Positions 18,363-27,913 of a DNA stretch of 64,000 nt are shown piece by piece. Position numbers and translations under genes: made by a program. The stretch is taken from contig JAZDPG010000115.1 in NCBI GenBank assembly GCA_043797815.1, positions 147,573 to 211,572 on the forward strand, read 5' to 3'. Under the pieces are notes generated by a model that was given only the letters and a program-made list of their open reading frames with translations, did not search any database and had not been told where the DNA came from. Position 1 is the stretch's first letter; each line of letters opens with the position of its first letter. Source of the DNA: Bacteroidota bacterium. Its GTDB lineage: Bacteria; Bacteroidota; Bacteroidia; Bacteroidales; GCA-2748055.

Positions 18363-19100
18363 CTAGCAGGGATCGGGTTGTGAAGCTATTTCTTTAAGCA
18401 GGGGGGTGATGTATCCCACATCCTTCACATTCAGTATTTCTGTGGCATTGGGGATCATCTCCCTGTAGGTCATCCGGTCGATTTCATCAAAGGAAGCCTG
18501 GTCGATGACTGGTTTCTCGTCAATCCTGCATTTCATCCTGACGATTCCCAGCCCGTAATCGGTATTCAGAACGAGGACCTCCAACAGATCTGAAAAATGT
18601 CTGCGCAGGTATACAATGGTTTTCCACACATCTCCGTTCCATTGTCCATCCCATCCTTCTATGTTTTGTTCCTCCTTTGTCGGATAATTCCTGGTGGGTA
18701 AGGCTGCAGCCTCGTGGGGAGGCAGGCAGTCATGCAGTACGATGACCCCATTTGAATTTAAAAACACAAGGGCATTTAAAACATCATTAAGTGAAGCCTG
18801 GTAGGTATGAAGCCCGTCAATAAGCACCACGTCGATTTTCCCTGTTTTCTTCAGGAAACCCTTTCTGAGGCGGAAGAAATCATCACTTGTTTCCTCAAAA
18901 TACTTGCTGCCGAAGTTGGAAGGATTTTTGATCATCCATTTGGCCTTTTTTTCCCACGGGATGGTAAATTCAGGGTCAACGGCGATTTTGGTTTTGCTTT
19001 TAATGGGTAAAAAAGAGTTGCCGCTGCGCGTCCCGATTTCCAGATAGGTATTGAAATGGGTATTTGAAAAAACCTTTTGAATGAGTTGGACCCGGTTCAT
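18363..19100 (-). CDS. class I SAM-dependent methyltransferase (Methyltransf_24/TylF-like)
   Basis: 'YLEIGTRSGNSF' and 'DVVLIDGLHTYQASLNDVLNAL..NGVIVLHD'. Confidence 0.65.
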   Translation of the reverse strand: MNRVQLIQKVFSNTHFNTYLEIGTRSGNSFLPIKSKTKIAVDPEFTIPWEKKAKWMIKNPSNFGSKYFEETSDDFFRLRKGFLKKTGKIDVVLIDGLHTYQASLNDVLNALVFLNSNGVIVLHDCLPPHEAAALPTRNYPTKEEQNIEGWDGQWNGDVWKTIVYLRRHFSDLLEVLVLNTDYGLGIVRMKCRIDEKPVIDQASFDEIDRMTYREMIPNATEILNVKDVGYITPLLKEIASQPDPC

Positions 19101-19174
19101 GCTTTATCGAGTAAAAATGCAAAGCTAGGATTATTATTTTATACATTTAATAACTCAAAACAATCCAACCGCTT

Positions 19175-20422
19175 ATGAAGAAGATTCTGAAGTATATCCT
19201 GCTCAGCCTGCTGGCCATCATCCTTCTTGCCCTGATGGGGGTGCATATTGCCTATGTTACTTTTTCACCCGATGACAGGGGTATTCCGGTGGCCGGGGAG
19301 AACCTGGTCTATTTCCAGGAGAGCTATGACCAGTGCCGGAGCGCTTTCCTGGCCGGGGCTGAAGAAGCAATTTCCACACATGACCTGGCCAAACTGATCT
19401 CCGTCCGGGTACCCTCCGGGGAGGATGACAAGCTCTATATGGATCTCCTTTATATTCCGCCGGCTGACAGCAGTGATAAACTCCTGGTGCTTAGCTCAGG
19501 CGTACATGGCGTGGAAGGATATACGGGGAGCGCCGTCCAGCAGATGTTCCTGGAAGAAATCCTTGGATCCGGTGTGTTGTCTGAAATGGGCGTCCTGTTA
19601 ATACATGGAGTGAACCCCTATGGTTTCAAATACAAAAGAAGGGTCAGCGAGAACAATGTGGATATGAACAGGGGCTGCGGGGTTGATCCGGAGCTGTTTG
19701 AAACCGGGAATCCCGGCTATGGTGCGCTTTATGATATGCTGAACCCTCATGCAAAGGCATCTACGGCAAGCATGCGGAGCAGGTTTTTTTACATAACAGC
19801 CATCAGCAAAATGTTGAAGGAATCCATGTCGGTGCTCAGACAGGCAATCCTTCAGGGTCAGTATGAATATCCGGAAGGGATTTACTTTGGAGGAAAGAAA
19901 TTCGAGCCCCAGATTGATTCGCTCACCCGGATCCTCCCCGGATATTTTTCAGATTACCTTACCATTCTGGCCATCGATCTTCATACCGGGTATGGTTCCA
20001 GGCGGGTTCTTCATCTTTTCCCCAACCCTGTGGATGATCCTGAAATCAAACAAAAAACAGAGTCTGTTTTTGAAGGGCACCACATTGACTGGGGCGACGG
20101 GGATGATTTTTACACCATCAACGGAGGATTTGCAGATGCCTACCTGCCCGAAATCAACCCTGCTGCCACCTATCTGTATATGGTCTTTGAATGGGGGACC
20201 ATGGATACGGAAAAGACCTTCGGATCCTTAAAGGCGCTGGAAAAAATCATTATCGAGAACCAGGGATTCCATTATGGTTATACCAGTGCCAAACAGGAAC
20301 AGAAAGTGAAGCAGGATATGACAGAAGCTTACTATTCTACCTCTGAAGCCTGGCGCTCCGAAGTGTTGAAGTCGGGAAGGGATATGCTGAAGGAGGCGCT
20401 TGCCAACTTTTCCTGCCTGTAA
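19175..20422 (+). CDS. DUF2817 / M14-like metallocarboxypeptidase-fold protein
   Basis: N-terminal TM/signal segment. 'LVLSSGVHGVEGYTGSAVQ', 'IHGVNPYGF' and 'IDLHTGYG' are typical of DUF2817. Confidence 0.6.
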   Translation: MKKILKYILLSLLAIILLALMGVHIAYVTFSPDDRGIPVAGENLVYFQESYDQCRSAFLAGAEEAISTHDLAKLISVRVPSGEDDKLYMDLLYIPPADSSDKLLVLSSGVHGVEGYTGSAVQQMFLEEILGSGVLSEMGVLLIHGVNPYGFKYKRRVSENNVDMNRGCGVDPELFETGNPGYGALYDMLNPHAKASTASMRSRFFYITAISKMLKESMSVLRQAILQGQYEYPEGIYFGGKKFEPQIDSLTRILPGYFSDYLTILAIDLHTGYGSRRVLHLFPNPVDDPEIKQKTESVFEGHHIDWGDGDDFYTINGGFADAYLPEINPAATYLYMVFEWGTMDTEKTFGSLKALEKIIIENQGFHYGYTSAKQEQKVKQDMTEAYYSTSEAWRSEVLKSGRDMLKEALANFSCL

Positions 20423-21207
20423 GCAGTCTTTTGCATGGGCTGGGCTTCCAGCATTTTCTTGATCTGCTTCTGGTCGAAAACAAAGGCCATGGAAATGTAC
20501 CAGATTCCGGAGGATTTAAACTGGGAATAATCCACATTTTCCCCGAAATCCAATCCCTGGAAGTCTGTATTCAGAAAATCCTTCAGGTAATACTTGAATT
20601 TCAGGTTGATCCCGCCGGGAAACTGAACGCCGGCAAAGAAGGATGGAATCCACGAATTCACCCTGTCGCTGGTCCATTCAGCGTATTTGGTTTTGTTGTC
20701 GTCGATGAACTGCTTTTGCTTGTAATGGAACATCCATTCATATTCACCCCCTGCATATAGAAAATAGTGCTTGTCGAGAAGTCCAAGTTTTAAAGCAAGC
20801 GGGAATCCCAGGGAATAGCTGCGGCGTTTGATCCTGGTGTTTTTATTCCAGTTGGGATGCGTACTGTTTATTGGGGTATTGTCTATTCCGGTGAATCCCA
20901 TATACTGGTAAAGGTCTTCCTGGATCAAACCCACATTTCTAATAGCTGCCCCTGTGTAGAACCCGATTTTATTATTCAGGTCCATATTGAGCAATTGTTG
21001 TTCGTGAAAAAAGAGTGTAAACCTTGCGTTGGTGTTCACATCCACCGGGTTTGTGGTTGCGGGGTCTGATCCGTTGGGAATGATCTGCATGTCGGCCCCG
21101 GAAATAATCACTTCACCGCCTGCGGACCTGTACACTTTGACCTGGGCCCTGGATTCTGTTGTAATAAAGGAGATTGCAAGGATTACAAGGAGAAGGGTCT
21201 TTTTCAT
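20332..21207 (-). CDS. outer-membrane beta-barrel-like protein, function unknown
   Basis: Signal 'MKKTLLLVILAISFITTESRAQ' (start moved to 21207). Alternating aromatic/hydrophobic strands end at 'WYISMAFVF'. A ~45-aa tail then runs 91 bp into the convergent DUF2817 gene. Confidence 0.5.
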   Translation of the reverse strand: MKKTLLLVILAISFITTESRAQVKVYRSAGGEVIISGADMQIIPNGSDPATTNPVDVNTNARFTLFFHEQQLLNMDLNNKIGFYTGAAIRNVGLIQEDLYQYMGFTGIDNTPINSTHPNWNKNTRIKRRSYSLGFPLALKLGLLDKHYFLYAGGEYEWMFHYKQKQFIDDNKTKYAEWTSDRVNSWIPSFFAGVQFPGGINLKFKYYLKDFLNTDFQGLDFGENVDYSQFKSSGIWYISMAFVFDQKQIKKMLEAQPMQKTAYRQEKLASASFSISLPDFNTSERQASEVE

Positions 21208-21250
21208 TTCAGAACAATATTTATGAAACTGTGTTGCTATAACATGCAAA

Positions 21251-22075
21251 TTATAGAATTGTTTTCAGGTTATCCTGAAGCAAGGCATCGAAACCTTCCA
21301 TGATCTTCCTTAGAACAGGATGATCAACCCTGAACCGGGTTCCCTCCAGCTGCCATACCGGGAGTACTTTGGGCGAAGTCCCGGAGATAAAACAACCAAC
21401 CAGGTCTCCCAATTCGGTCCGGAAAACCGGCCTTTCGATGACTTCGATATGCTCATCAGCACAAATCTGAAGCACATACTTCCTTGAAATTCCGGGAAGA
21501 ATATCCTTTTCCGGAGGCGAAACCAGACGATCCATTGGATCAATAAAAAAAACATTGGACCTGCTTCCTTCTGTAATCTCTCCACGTGCGTTCACAAGGA
21601 GGACCTCATACACCCCATGGTCCCGGATGTGACCGGCTACAGATTCCCTGAACCTGTTGTCCCACTTCTTGATCCCGGGGTTGCTGCGTTCATGGGGGTA
21701 GATAACCAGTTGCACACCGCTCAGGTACATGGATGGTTCGGGATAGTAACAGGGAACAAAATAGCACAGCAGGTTTGGCTCTTTTCCCCGGCTTTTCTGC
21801 AGGCAGATCCTTATATTGCCCAAGGTTTCGTCGTTTTGCTGCAGCAGGATCCGGAGGCTCTCAAGGATCATATGATCTCCGGGGTAGTGGAGTCCCGAAG
21901 CGGAAAGGGATTTTTTGAACCGCAGCAGGTGGTCATCCAGGAACAGGATTTTGCGGTCGATCAGCCTGGCCACCTCGTAATACACATCGGCGGACAGGTC
22001 GGGTTGATAGCCTGACGCGTCCACCGCTTGTCCATTGATCACAACTATGTTTCCCAATATTTTCCCTGTTGTCAT
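21251..22075 (-). CDS. class IV (fold type IV) PLP aminotransferase family protein
   Basis: 274 aa. 'YYEVARLIDRKILFLDDHLLRFKKS', 'EITEGSRSNVFFI' and 'ILPGISRKYVL' follow the BCAT/ADC-lyase pattern. Confidence 0.7.
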   Translation of the reverse strand: MTTGKILGNIVVINGQAVDASGYQPDLSADVYYEVARLIDRKILFLDDHLLRFKKSLSASGLHYPGDHMILESLRILLQQNDETLGNIRICLQKSRGKEPNLLCYFVPCYYPEPSMYLSGVQLVIYPHERSNPGIKKWDNRFRESVAGHIRDHGVYEVLLVNARGEITEGSRSNVFFIDPMDRLVSPPEKDILPGISRKYVLQICADEHIEVIERPVFRTELGDLVGCFISGTSPKVLPVWQLEGTRFRVDHPVLRKIMEGFDALLQDNLKTIL

Positions 22076-24519
22076 TCTGCCCTGATGGAGGCTGCCGGGT
22101 TCATCCTGGAGGCTTTAATGGATTGCCAGCTCACAGTGATCACGGCAATGATTAATGATAACAGCAAAGATATGATAAAGGTCCAGAAGGGAAACTCAAT
22201 TCTGTACGTGAAGTTGTGCAGCCAGTTTTTCATGGCAAGAAATGAAAGTGGCCATGCAATGACATTTGATATGATCACCCATTTTGAGAATTGTACCAGG
22301 AAAAGGGTCAGTATCTGGTTTTGCGATGCACCCATGACCCTTCGGATCCCGGTTTCGCGGGTCCGTTTCACGGTCATGAATGAAGAGAGTCCCAGCAGTC
22401 CCAGTGCAGCAATGAAAATGATCAGGACTGTAAAAGAAATAACCAGGGCAAAAATTACCTTCTCTTCCCCGTACAGGGAATTCAATTCATCATTGAGATA
22501 GCTGTACTGAATGGGGTAGGCCGGATTGAATGCAGCCCTTTTTTTCTTCACCCATTCAAGAACTTCCTGCATGTCTCCTCCGGAAACCCTGATGGATAAA
22601 ATGCGCATGAACCGGGCATTTTCAACACATGGCATGACCAGGGGTTCAATGGGATTGTGAAGGGAGCCGTAATTGAAATTTTTCACTACCCCGATGATCT
22701 CTCCAACGGGATTGTTGGCATCCTGAATATTTACTCCCCTGATAAATTGTTTTCCAATGGCAGAATCACCCCACTGCATCTCATCCACCAGCGCCTGGTT
22801 CACCACAAAAGCATTGGTCAGGTCCGAACCGAATTCCCGGTCATAAAACCGGCCTTTTACCAGGTTAAGGCCCATCACATCCAAGTAATCAAAATCCACA
22901 AAACACTGGTTGAATGCTTTCTCGATCATTTCTCCGTTGTTCTGTTCAGCGGTCATCACCTGTTTGCCATAGAACCGGCCGGGTGCCGTGGTGCAGATGG
23001 ATGTTCCCTCTACTGCAGGATGTCTTTCGATCTCCTCCATGAATGCCCTGGCATTGTTAATAACGGCGGTGTCATTGAGTGTCAGCATCAGGATTTGATC
23101 CTTGTCAAATCCAAGGTCTTTTGTCCGGATATAATTCATTTGGAGGGCAACCACAATGGATCCGATGATCATTACCGAAGAGATCAGGAATTGGACAATG
23201 ACCAAAGCTCTTCTCAACCATCCCCTGTCCTTCTCGCTTACACCATTCCCTTTCAGGATGGATACAGGATTGAAAGAAGCCAGGTAAGTAGCAGGATAGA
23301 TCCCCGACAGAAATCCGGTAAGGACCGAAATTCCCAGTATAAAGATAATCACCGCGGGCTGAACCAACACATGCCAGTCGGAGGCCATCCCGGTGAGATT
23401 GTTATATAACGGAAGCGCCAGCAGCGTCAGAAAGGCGGACGCAATTCCAGCAACGATAGCTACCACAATGGATTCCCCCAAAAACTGCGACCGGAGGATA
23501 CCCTTGCTGGCACCGCCTACTTTTCTGATTCCGATCTCTTTTCCACGGTTGGTTGCCCGGGCTGTGGTCAGATTGGTATAGTTGATGCTGGCAATGACAA
23601 TCAGCAACACCCCGATGATGGCCATGATAAGGACATAATTCATGTTTCCCTTGGGCAGGTCCCAGGTAAGTTCATCTTTCTGGAAATGCACATCCGACAA
23701 GGGAGTGATTCTCAACTTGAACGATGCATTGATCTGGTCTCCCAATTCCTTCATGTACTTGTCATAGAAATCGGGAAATTTGGACAGGATCATTTCCGGC
23801 GTGGTATTTTCTGCCATGAGGATGTACGTATACGTATTCACATTCCAGAATGAGCCGGCGCTTCTGTCGTTAAACCTTTCCGTTCCTACCTGCTCTTCAA
23901 TGGTTGCTGCCGAGAGCAAACCGTTGTACCGCAGGTGAACATTTTCGGGAAGGTCCTCAATAACTCCAACGATGGTATAATTGGAACCATCCAGGGCTTT
24001 CATGCTCTCTCCCAGCACATCAGTCGTTCCAAAATATTTGTGAGCCAGAGACTTACTAACCACCATGGTGTACGGTTCGGTCAGTGCCGTTTCCGGATCC
24101 CCCCCGATAAACGGGATAGAAAAGACTTTGAACAGGGTAGAATCGGCCCACATGATGCTGTCCTCCTTGAAAGTATCCTCCCCTTTTTCAAAATATTGAT
24201 CTCTGTTGGGAAGGATTCTGGCCTGTACCTCAATTTCCGGATATTCATCTTTCAGGGTAGGACCCAGTGGAATTTGGGTGATGGCCGACAGGGTTTGTTC
24301 GTCGCTAATGGTAAAATCCGCCTCGAGCCGGTATATGCGTTCAAAATGCTCATTATACCTGTCATAGGTAAGCTGATCCTGAATATAAATGAAGATCAAA
24401 ATGGCAGCTGTGATACCCACAGCCAGTCCGAGCAGATTGAGAAGGGAAAAGAATTTATCTCTCACCGCATTTCGGATTAGAGCAAGAAAATAGTTTTTGA
24501 GTAATGACATCGGAGCCAA
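22072..24519 (-). CDS. ABC transporter permease, duplicated FtsX/MacB-type
   Basis: 815 aa with two FtsX-like 4-TM modules separated by large periplasmic domains. 'EIGIRKVGGASKGIL' and 'ETGIRRVMGASQNQIL' are conserved loop motifs. It has a 4-bp overlap with the downstream aminotransferase. Confidence 0.85.
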   Translation of the reverse strand: MAPMSLLKNYFLALIRNAVRDKFFSLLNLLGLAVGITAAILIFIYIQDQLTYDRYNEHFERIYRLEADFTISDEQTLSAITQIPLGPTLKDEYPEIEVQARILPNRDQYFEKGEDTFKEDSIMWADSTLFKVFSIPFIGGDPETALTEPYTMVVSKSLAHKYFGTTDVLGESMKALDGSNYTIVGVIEDLPENVHLRYNGLLSAATIEEQVGTERFNDRSAGSFWNVNTYTYILMAENTTPEMILSKFPDFYDKYMKELGDQINASFKLRITPLSDVHFQKDELTWDLPKGNMNYVLIMAIIGVLLIVIASINYTNLTTARATNRGKEIGIRKVGGASKGILRSQFLGESIVVAIVAGIASAFLTLLALPLYNNLTGMASDWHVLVQPAVIIFILGISVLTGFLSGIYPATYLASFNPVSILKGNGVSEKDRGWLRRALVIVQFLISSVMIIGSIVVALQMNYIRTKDLGFDKDQILMLTLNDTAVINNARAFMEEIERHPAVEGTSICTTAPGRFYGKQVMTAEQNNGEMIEKAFNQCFVDFDYLDVMGLNLVKGRFYDREFGSDLTNAFVVNQALVDEMQWGDSAIGKQFIRGVNIQDANNPVGEIIGVVKNFNYGSLHNPIEPLVMPCVENARFMRILSIRVSGGDMQEVLEWVKKKRAAFNPAYPIQYSYLNDELNSLYGEEKVIFALVISFTVLIIFIAALGLLGLSSFMTVKRTRETGIRRVMGASQNQILTLFLVQFSKWVIISNVIAWPLSFLAMKNWLHNFTYRIEFPFWTFIISLLLSLIIAVITVSWQSIKASRMNPAASIRAE

Positions 24520-24754
24520 GGGTTTTCAGTGAGAACTGGCTCGTAAATTCAATCTTGATGCCAAAATAGTTAATTATCAATAAAACAATGACATAACATA
24601 ATTTGGACAGAACCATTTTGTCCGGTTCCGGACAATATGTAATGCGAAACCGGACACTTGAGAAACATTTTGTTGTAAAAATATAATTGCTACTTTTACA
24701 GGAACCGCTGAAACAGTGATCTGAAGCATCTATGAACAGAAAGATTTTTTTTTT

Positions 24755-25111
24755 GTGGATGATGATAAGATGATTCTTAACCTGCTGGAATACACATTCC
24801 AAAGCCGGCAAGATTACCAGGTAATCACTTTTTTGACCGGGGAAGAATGCCTTGAAAATCTGGACCAGGAACCGAGGTTGATTGTCCTTGACCATATTTT
24901 ATCCGGACCCGGTGAAAAGCGTTTAAGCGGGCTTGAAACACTCAGGGAGATCCGGAAAATTGACCAGAACATTCCCGTGGTGATTCTCACCGGTCAGGGT
25001 GACGATGCTTTGCTTTCCGAATTCCTGGAAAACGGGGCCAACAGGTATCTGACCAAAGATGATTTTTTTATTGATTCACTGATTGAAACCATTCAGCAGG
25101 TGATTCCCTGA
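24755..25111 (+). CDS. stand-alone response-regulator receiver domain (CheY-like); 5' end disrupted or ambiguous at a T10 tract
   Basis: 'DDDKMILNLL', phospho-acceptor 'LIVLDHIL', 'VVILTG' and 'YLTKD'. The ORF starts at GTG with no beta-1 strand. The ATG at 24732, encoding 'MNRKIFF', is in another frame across T10 (24745-24754). Confidence 0.7.
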   Translation: MDDDKMILNLLEYTFQSRQDYQVITFLTGEECLENLDQEPRLIVLDHILSGPGEKRLSGLETLREIRKIDQNIPVVILTGQGDDALLSEFLENGANRYLTKDDFFIDSLIETIQQVIP

Positions 25112-25166
25112 CAATTTTTTTTATACAATATTAATTTATACTTTTGCACACCCAAATTGAAGAATC

Positions 25167-25688
25167 GTGAGCAAGAGGGGTTTATATGCTGTGCGGATTT
25201 CCGGGTTAGCGGATGGAGATCACGGTTTTTCGTTTATGCTTGATCGAAAGTTCTTTGCTTCATTGGAGCAAGCCGAGGTGGAAACCGGACAAGTGAAAGC
25301 GGATGTGATCCTGGAGAAGAAACATGGATTGATTTCACTGCACTTCATACTCAAAGGAGTAGTGGAAGTAGTGTGTGACCGTTGCCTTGACCCTTTTATG
25401 GCTGAAGTGGACACAAAACAGACCATCTTTGTGAAATTGGGTGACACTCCGGGTGAAATTGAAGATGACGTGATCATGATCCACAGGGAAGATCATGAGA
25501 TTGACGTGAGGCAGCTTATGTACGAGTTCGTAATACTTGCATTGCCTTACAAACGGATCCACCCCGTTGATGAGAAGGATGTTTCAACCTGTAACCCGGA
25601 GATGATCCGCAGGCTGAATGATCACAGGGGAATCCGTGAAGAAGAAGAAAAAAGAGATCCCCGCTGGGATGCATTAAAGGATTTATAG
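25167..25688 (+). CDS. yceD: YceD/DUF177 family protein (large-subunit rRNA accumulation protein)
   Basis: 173 aa with a GTG start and a 'CDRCLDPF' Cys motif. It occupies the conserved position directly upstream of rpmF. Confidence 0.75.
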   Translation: MSKRGLYAVRISGLADGDHGFSFMLDRKFFASLEQAEVETGQVKADVILEKKHGLISLHFILKGVVEVVCDRCLDPFMAEVDTKQTIFVKLGDTPGEIEDDVIMIHREDHEIDVRQLMYEFVILALPYKRIHPVDEKDVSTCNPEMIRRLNDHRGIREEEEKRDPRWDALKDL

Positions 25689-25704
25689 AAAATAAACAGT
25701 AGAT

Positions 25705-25899
25705 ATGGCACATCCGAAAAGAAAGACGTCTAAGACAAGAAGGGACAAAAGAAGGACCCATCACAAGGCCGAAGTCCCGACGCTTTCAACCTGTTCAACT
25801 ACAGGGACAGTTCATGAGCGCCATCGTGCATATTATGTAGATGGAAACCTTTATTATAAAGGTAAGCTTGTTATCGATTCCGAAGCTGAGTTAGGTTAA
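25705..25899 (+). CDS. rpmF: 50S ribosomal protein L32
   Basis: '[21 protein letters not shown]' is the canonical L32 N-terminus. 64 aa. Confidence 0.95.
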   Translation: MAHPKRKTSKTRRDKRRTHHKAEVPTLSTCSTTGTVHERHRAYYVDGNLYYKGKLVIDSEAELG

Positions 25900-25934
25900 G
25901 CGCCATCCCCACGGGGGATGTCAACAAGCCACTG

Positions 25935-26482
25935 ATGCGGATTGGAATTGACATGATGGGAGCTGATTTTGCTCCCGGCTCCACAATTCATGGTGCCATA
26001 CTTGTCGGAACGCTGCGAATCATCAACGTTTTACCTGGGATTATTCGTCCAGCCATCGCAGCACCCATACCCAATCTTGAAGGAAACATGTCCGTGTTGC
26101 TGGATTTGGATTTAAATCCTGATGCACGGCCCGATGTTTTATACCAATATGGCCTCATTGGTACCATTTACTCCAAATTGGTTTATGGAATCGAAGAGGC
26201 AGGTGTAGCTTTGCTCAACATTGGGTTGGAGGAGTACTTACCAGCTCATGAAAGAGTCTGAAGCGTTTTACAAGGTTGTGAAAGAAAAGGAAGTTGGTAA
26301 CAGATATTTTGAATTGTTTAATTTTGAGAATTACGGGGAACCCCTGTACTTGGAGTCAACCGCCCGATCATTATCGGAAATGGGATTTCCTCGGAAGATG
26401 CAATCAGGAGCATGATCCGGCATACTTCAGAAGTTGTAGAAGCCGGATTGGTTAATCGCATTAAAGAAGAACTGGACAGATG
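25935..26482 (+). pseudogene. plsX: plsX (phosphate acyltransferase) remnant: internal deletions plus two frameshifts
   Basis: PlsX-like pieces lie in three frames. Frame 0 has 'MRIGIDMMGADFAP' fused to 'RPAIAAPIPN..VLLDLDLNPDARPDVLYQYGLIGTIY..VALLNIGLEE'. Frame 1 has 'TYQLMKES..FNFENYG'. Frame 2 has 'GGTPVLGVNRPIIIGNGISSEDAIRSMI...EELDR*', ending in ATGA with the fabH start. The total is ~548 bp, against the ~950 bp expected. Confidence 0.85.
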
Positions 26483-27484
26483 AGCAAAATTGCGGCTGGA
26501 ATTACCGGCATTCATGGTTATGTACCGGAATACAGGTTAACAAACGATGAACTCAGTACCATGGTTGAAACCACCGATGAGTGGATCATGCAGCGTATTG
26601 GTATCAGGGAGAGAAGGATCCTGAAGGAAGGGGCCACCTCTGACATGGGCACCAAAGCAGTAGAGGGCCTGCTGAAGAAAACAGGGACCAAACCTGAGGA
26701 GATTGAATTGGTGATCTGTGCCACCATTACTTCCGATTATCATTTTCCTGCAACAGCTAACCTGATCAGTGACAAGACAGGGATGATCAATGCATGGAGT
26801 TTTGATTTGTCGGCCGCATGTTCCGGTTTTGTATTCGGACTTCAGACGGCGGCCTCCTTTGTTCAATCGGGTACCTATAAGAAAGTGATCCTTGTGGGAG
26901 CGGACATGATGTCTTCCATTACGGATTATACCGACCGGACCACCTGTCCGCTCTTCGGTGATGGTGCCGGAGCAGTGTTGCTGGAACCGGTGGATGAGGG
27001 ATTTGGAGTTCGAGATTCAATTCTCCAGGTGGATGGCGGAGGAGTGAATCATTTGCTGATGAAGGCGGGTGGATCATTGCGGCCCCCTTCACACGAGACC
27101 ATAGAAAACCATGAGCACTTTGTATTCCAGGAGGGGCAGGCTGTGTTTAAAATTGCTGTTTCCAAGATGGCCGATGTATCGGTGGAGATCATGAAAAAAA
27201 ATAATCTCTCCCCTGATGATCTCACCTGGCTCGTTCCTCACCAGGCCAATATGAGGATTATCGAAGCGGTTGCACGCCGCATGGGTATACCCAAAGAAAA
27301 AGTGATGATCAATATTGAAAAATATGGCAATACCACTGCAGCCACCATTCCGCTTTGCCTGTGGGAATGGGAATCAAAACTGAAAAAAGGGGATAACCTG
27401 ATCCTGTCGGCATTCGGCGGCGGTTTTACCTGGGGTTCGCTCTATCTCAAATGGGCGTACGACGGAAACCAGAATATTGATTAA
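26480..27484 (+). CDS. fabH: beta-ketoacyl-ACP synthase III
   Basis: '[10 protein letters not shown]' (active-site Cys), '[10 protein letters not shown]' (His) and 'GNTTAATIP' (Asn). 334 aa. Confidence 0.95.
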   Translation: MSKIAAGITGIHGYVPEYRLTNDELSTMVETTDEWIMQRIGIRERRILKEGATSDMGTKAVEGLLKKTGTKPEEIELVICATITSDYHFPATANLISDKTGMINAWSFDLSAACSGFVFGLQTAASFVQSGTYKKVILVGADMMSSITDYTDRTTCPLFGDGAGAVLLEPVDEGFGVRDSILQVDGGGVNHLLMKAGGSLRPPSHETIENHEHFVFQEGQAVFKIAVSKMADVSVEIMKKNNLSPDDLTWLVPHQANMRIIEAVARRMGIPKEKVMINIEKYGNTTAATIPLCLWEWESKLKKGDNLILSAFGGGFTWGSLYLKWAYDGNQNID

Positions 27485-27507
27485 TTTAGCGAACTAAACA
27501 GTAACAA

Positions 27508-27900
27508 ATGGCAAAAATGGCTGAAGCAGAAAACACCAACAAGATCAATATGATCAGTGTAGGAACCAACATTGAGGGTAGCATTTCCTCCAGCGAGAAT
27601 ATCCGTTTTGACGGAAATCTGGTGGGCAACCTGAATACGAAAGGAAAGGTTTTTATAGGACAGTCCGGCAAAATCACAGGTGAAATCAGGTGCAAAAACT
27701 GTGAAGTGGAAGGAGTGATTGATGGCAAAGTTGTTGTGGAAGAATTGCTGTCACTTCGTTCTGTTGCCAAGTTGTATGGTGAGATCAAAACCGGAAAACT
27801 GGCCATTGAGCCAGGCGCCACATTTACCGGTAAATGCGATATGGGTGGGAAAAAAGAAATCAGCTCCGAACCGGTTATCAAACCAAAAGAAGGACAATAA
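27508..27900 (+). CDS. bactofilin (polymer-forming cytoskeletal protein, DUF583)
   Basis: 130 aa of beta-helix repeats: 'IEGSISSSENIRFDGNLVGNLNTKGKVFIGQSGKITGEIRCKNCEVEGVIDGKV...LAIEPGATFTGKC'. Confidence 0.8.
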   Translation: MAKMAEAENTNKINMISVGTNIEGSISSSENIRFDGNLVGNLNTKGKVFIGQSGKITGEIRCKNCEVEGVIDGKVVVEELLSLRSVAKLYGEIKTGKLAIEPGATFTGKCDMGGKKEISSEPVIKPKEGQ

Positions 27901-27913
27901 AAGCACGTCCGGA

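Noticed and set aside
24455-24895. 146-aa minus-strand ORF spanning the permease/response-regulator intergenic region.
   Set aside because: It overlaps the 5' ends of both flanking genes antisense or out of frame. It is AT-rich and low-complexity, with no motif.
25904-25920. Perfect 7-bp hairpin CATCCCC-acg-GGGGATG between rpmF and the plsX remnant.
   Set aside because: It has a 3-nt loop and no U-tract, so it is not a convincing intrinsic terminator. It may be an mRNA structural element, but nothing further supports a function.
27719-27913. The N-terminal 65 aa of ORF 27719-28111, which overlap bactofilin in another frame.
   Set aside because: Only the C-terminal ~66 aa resemble AtpZ. The upstream part ('MMAKLLWKNCCHFVLLPSC...') is an out-of-frame reading of the bactofilin gene.
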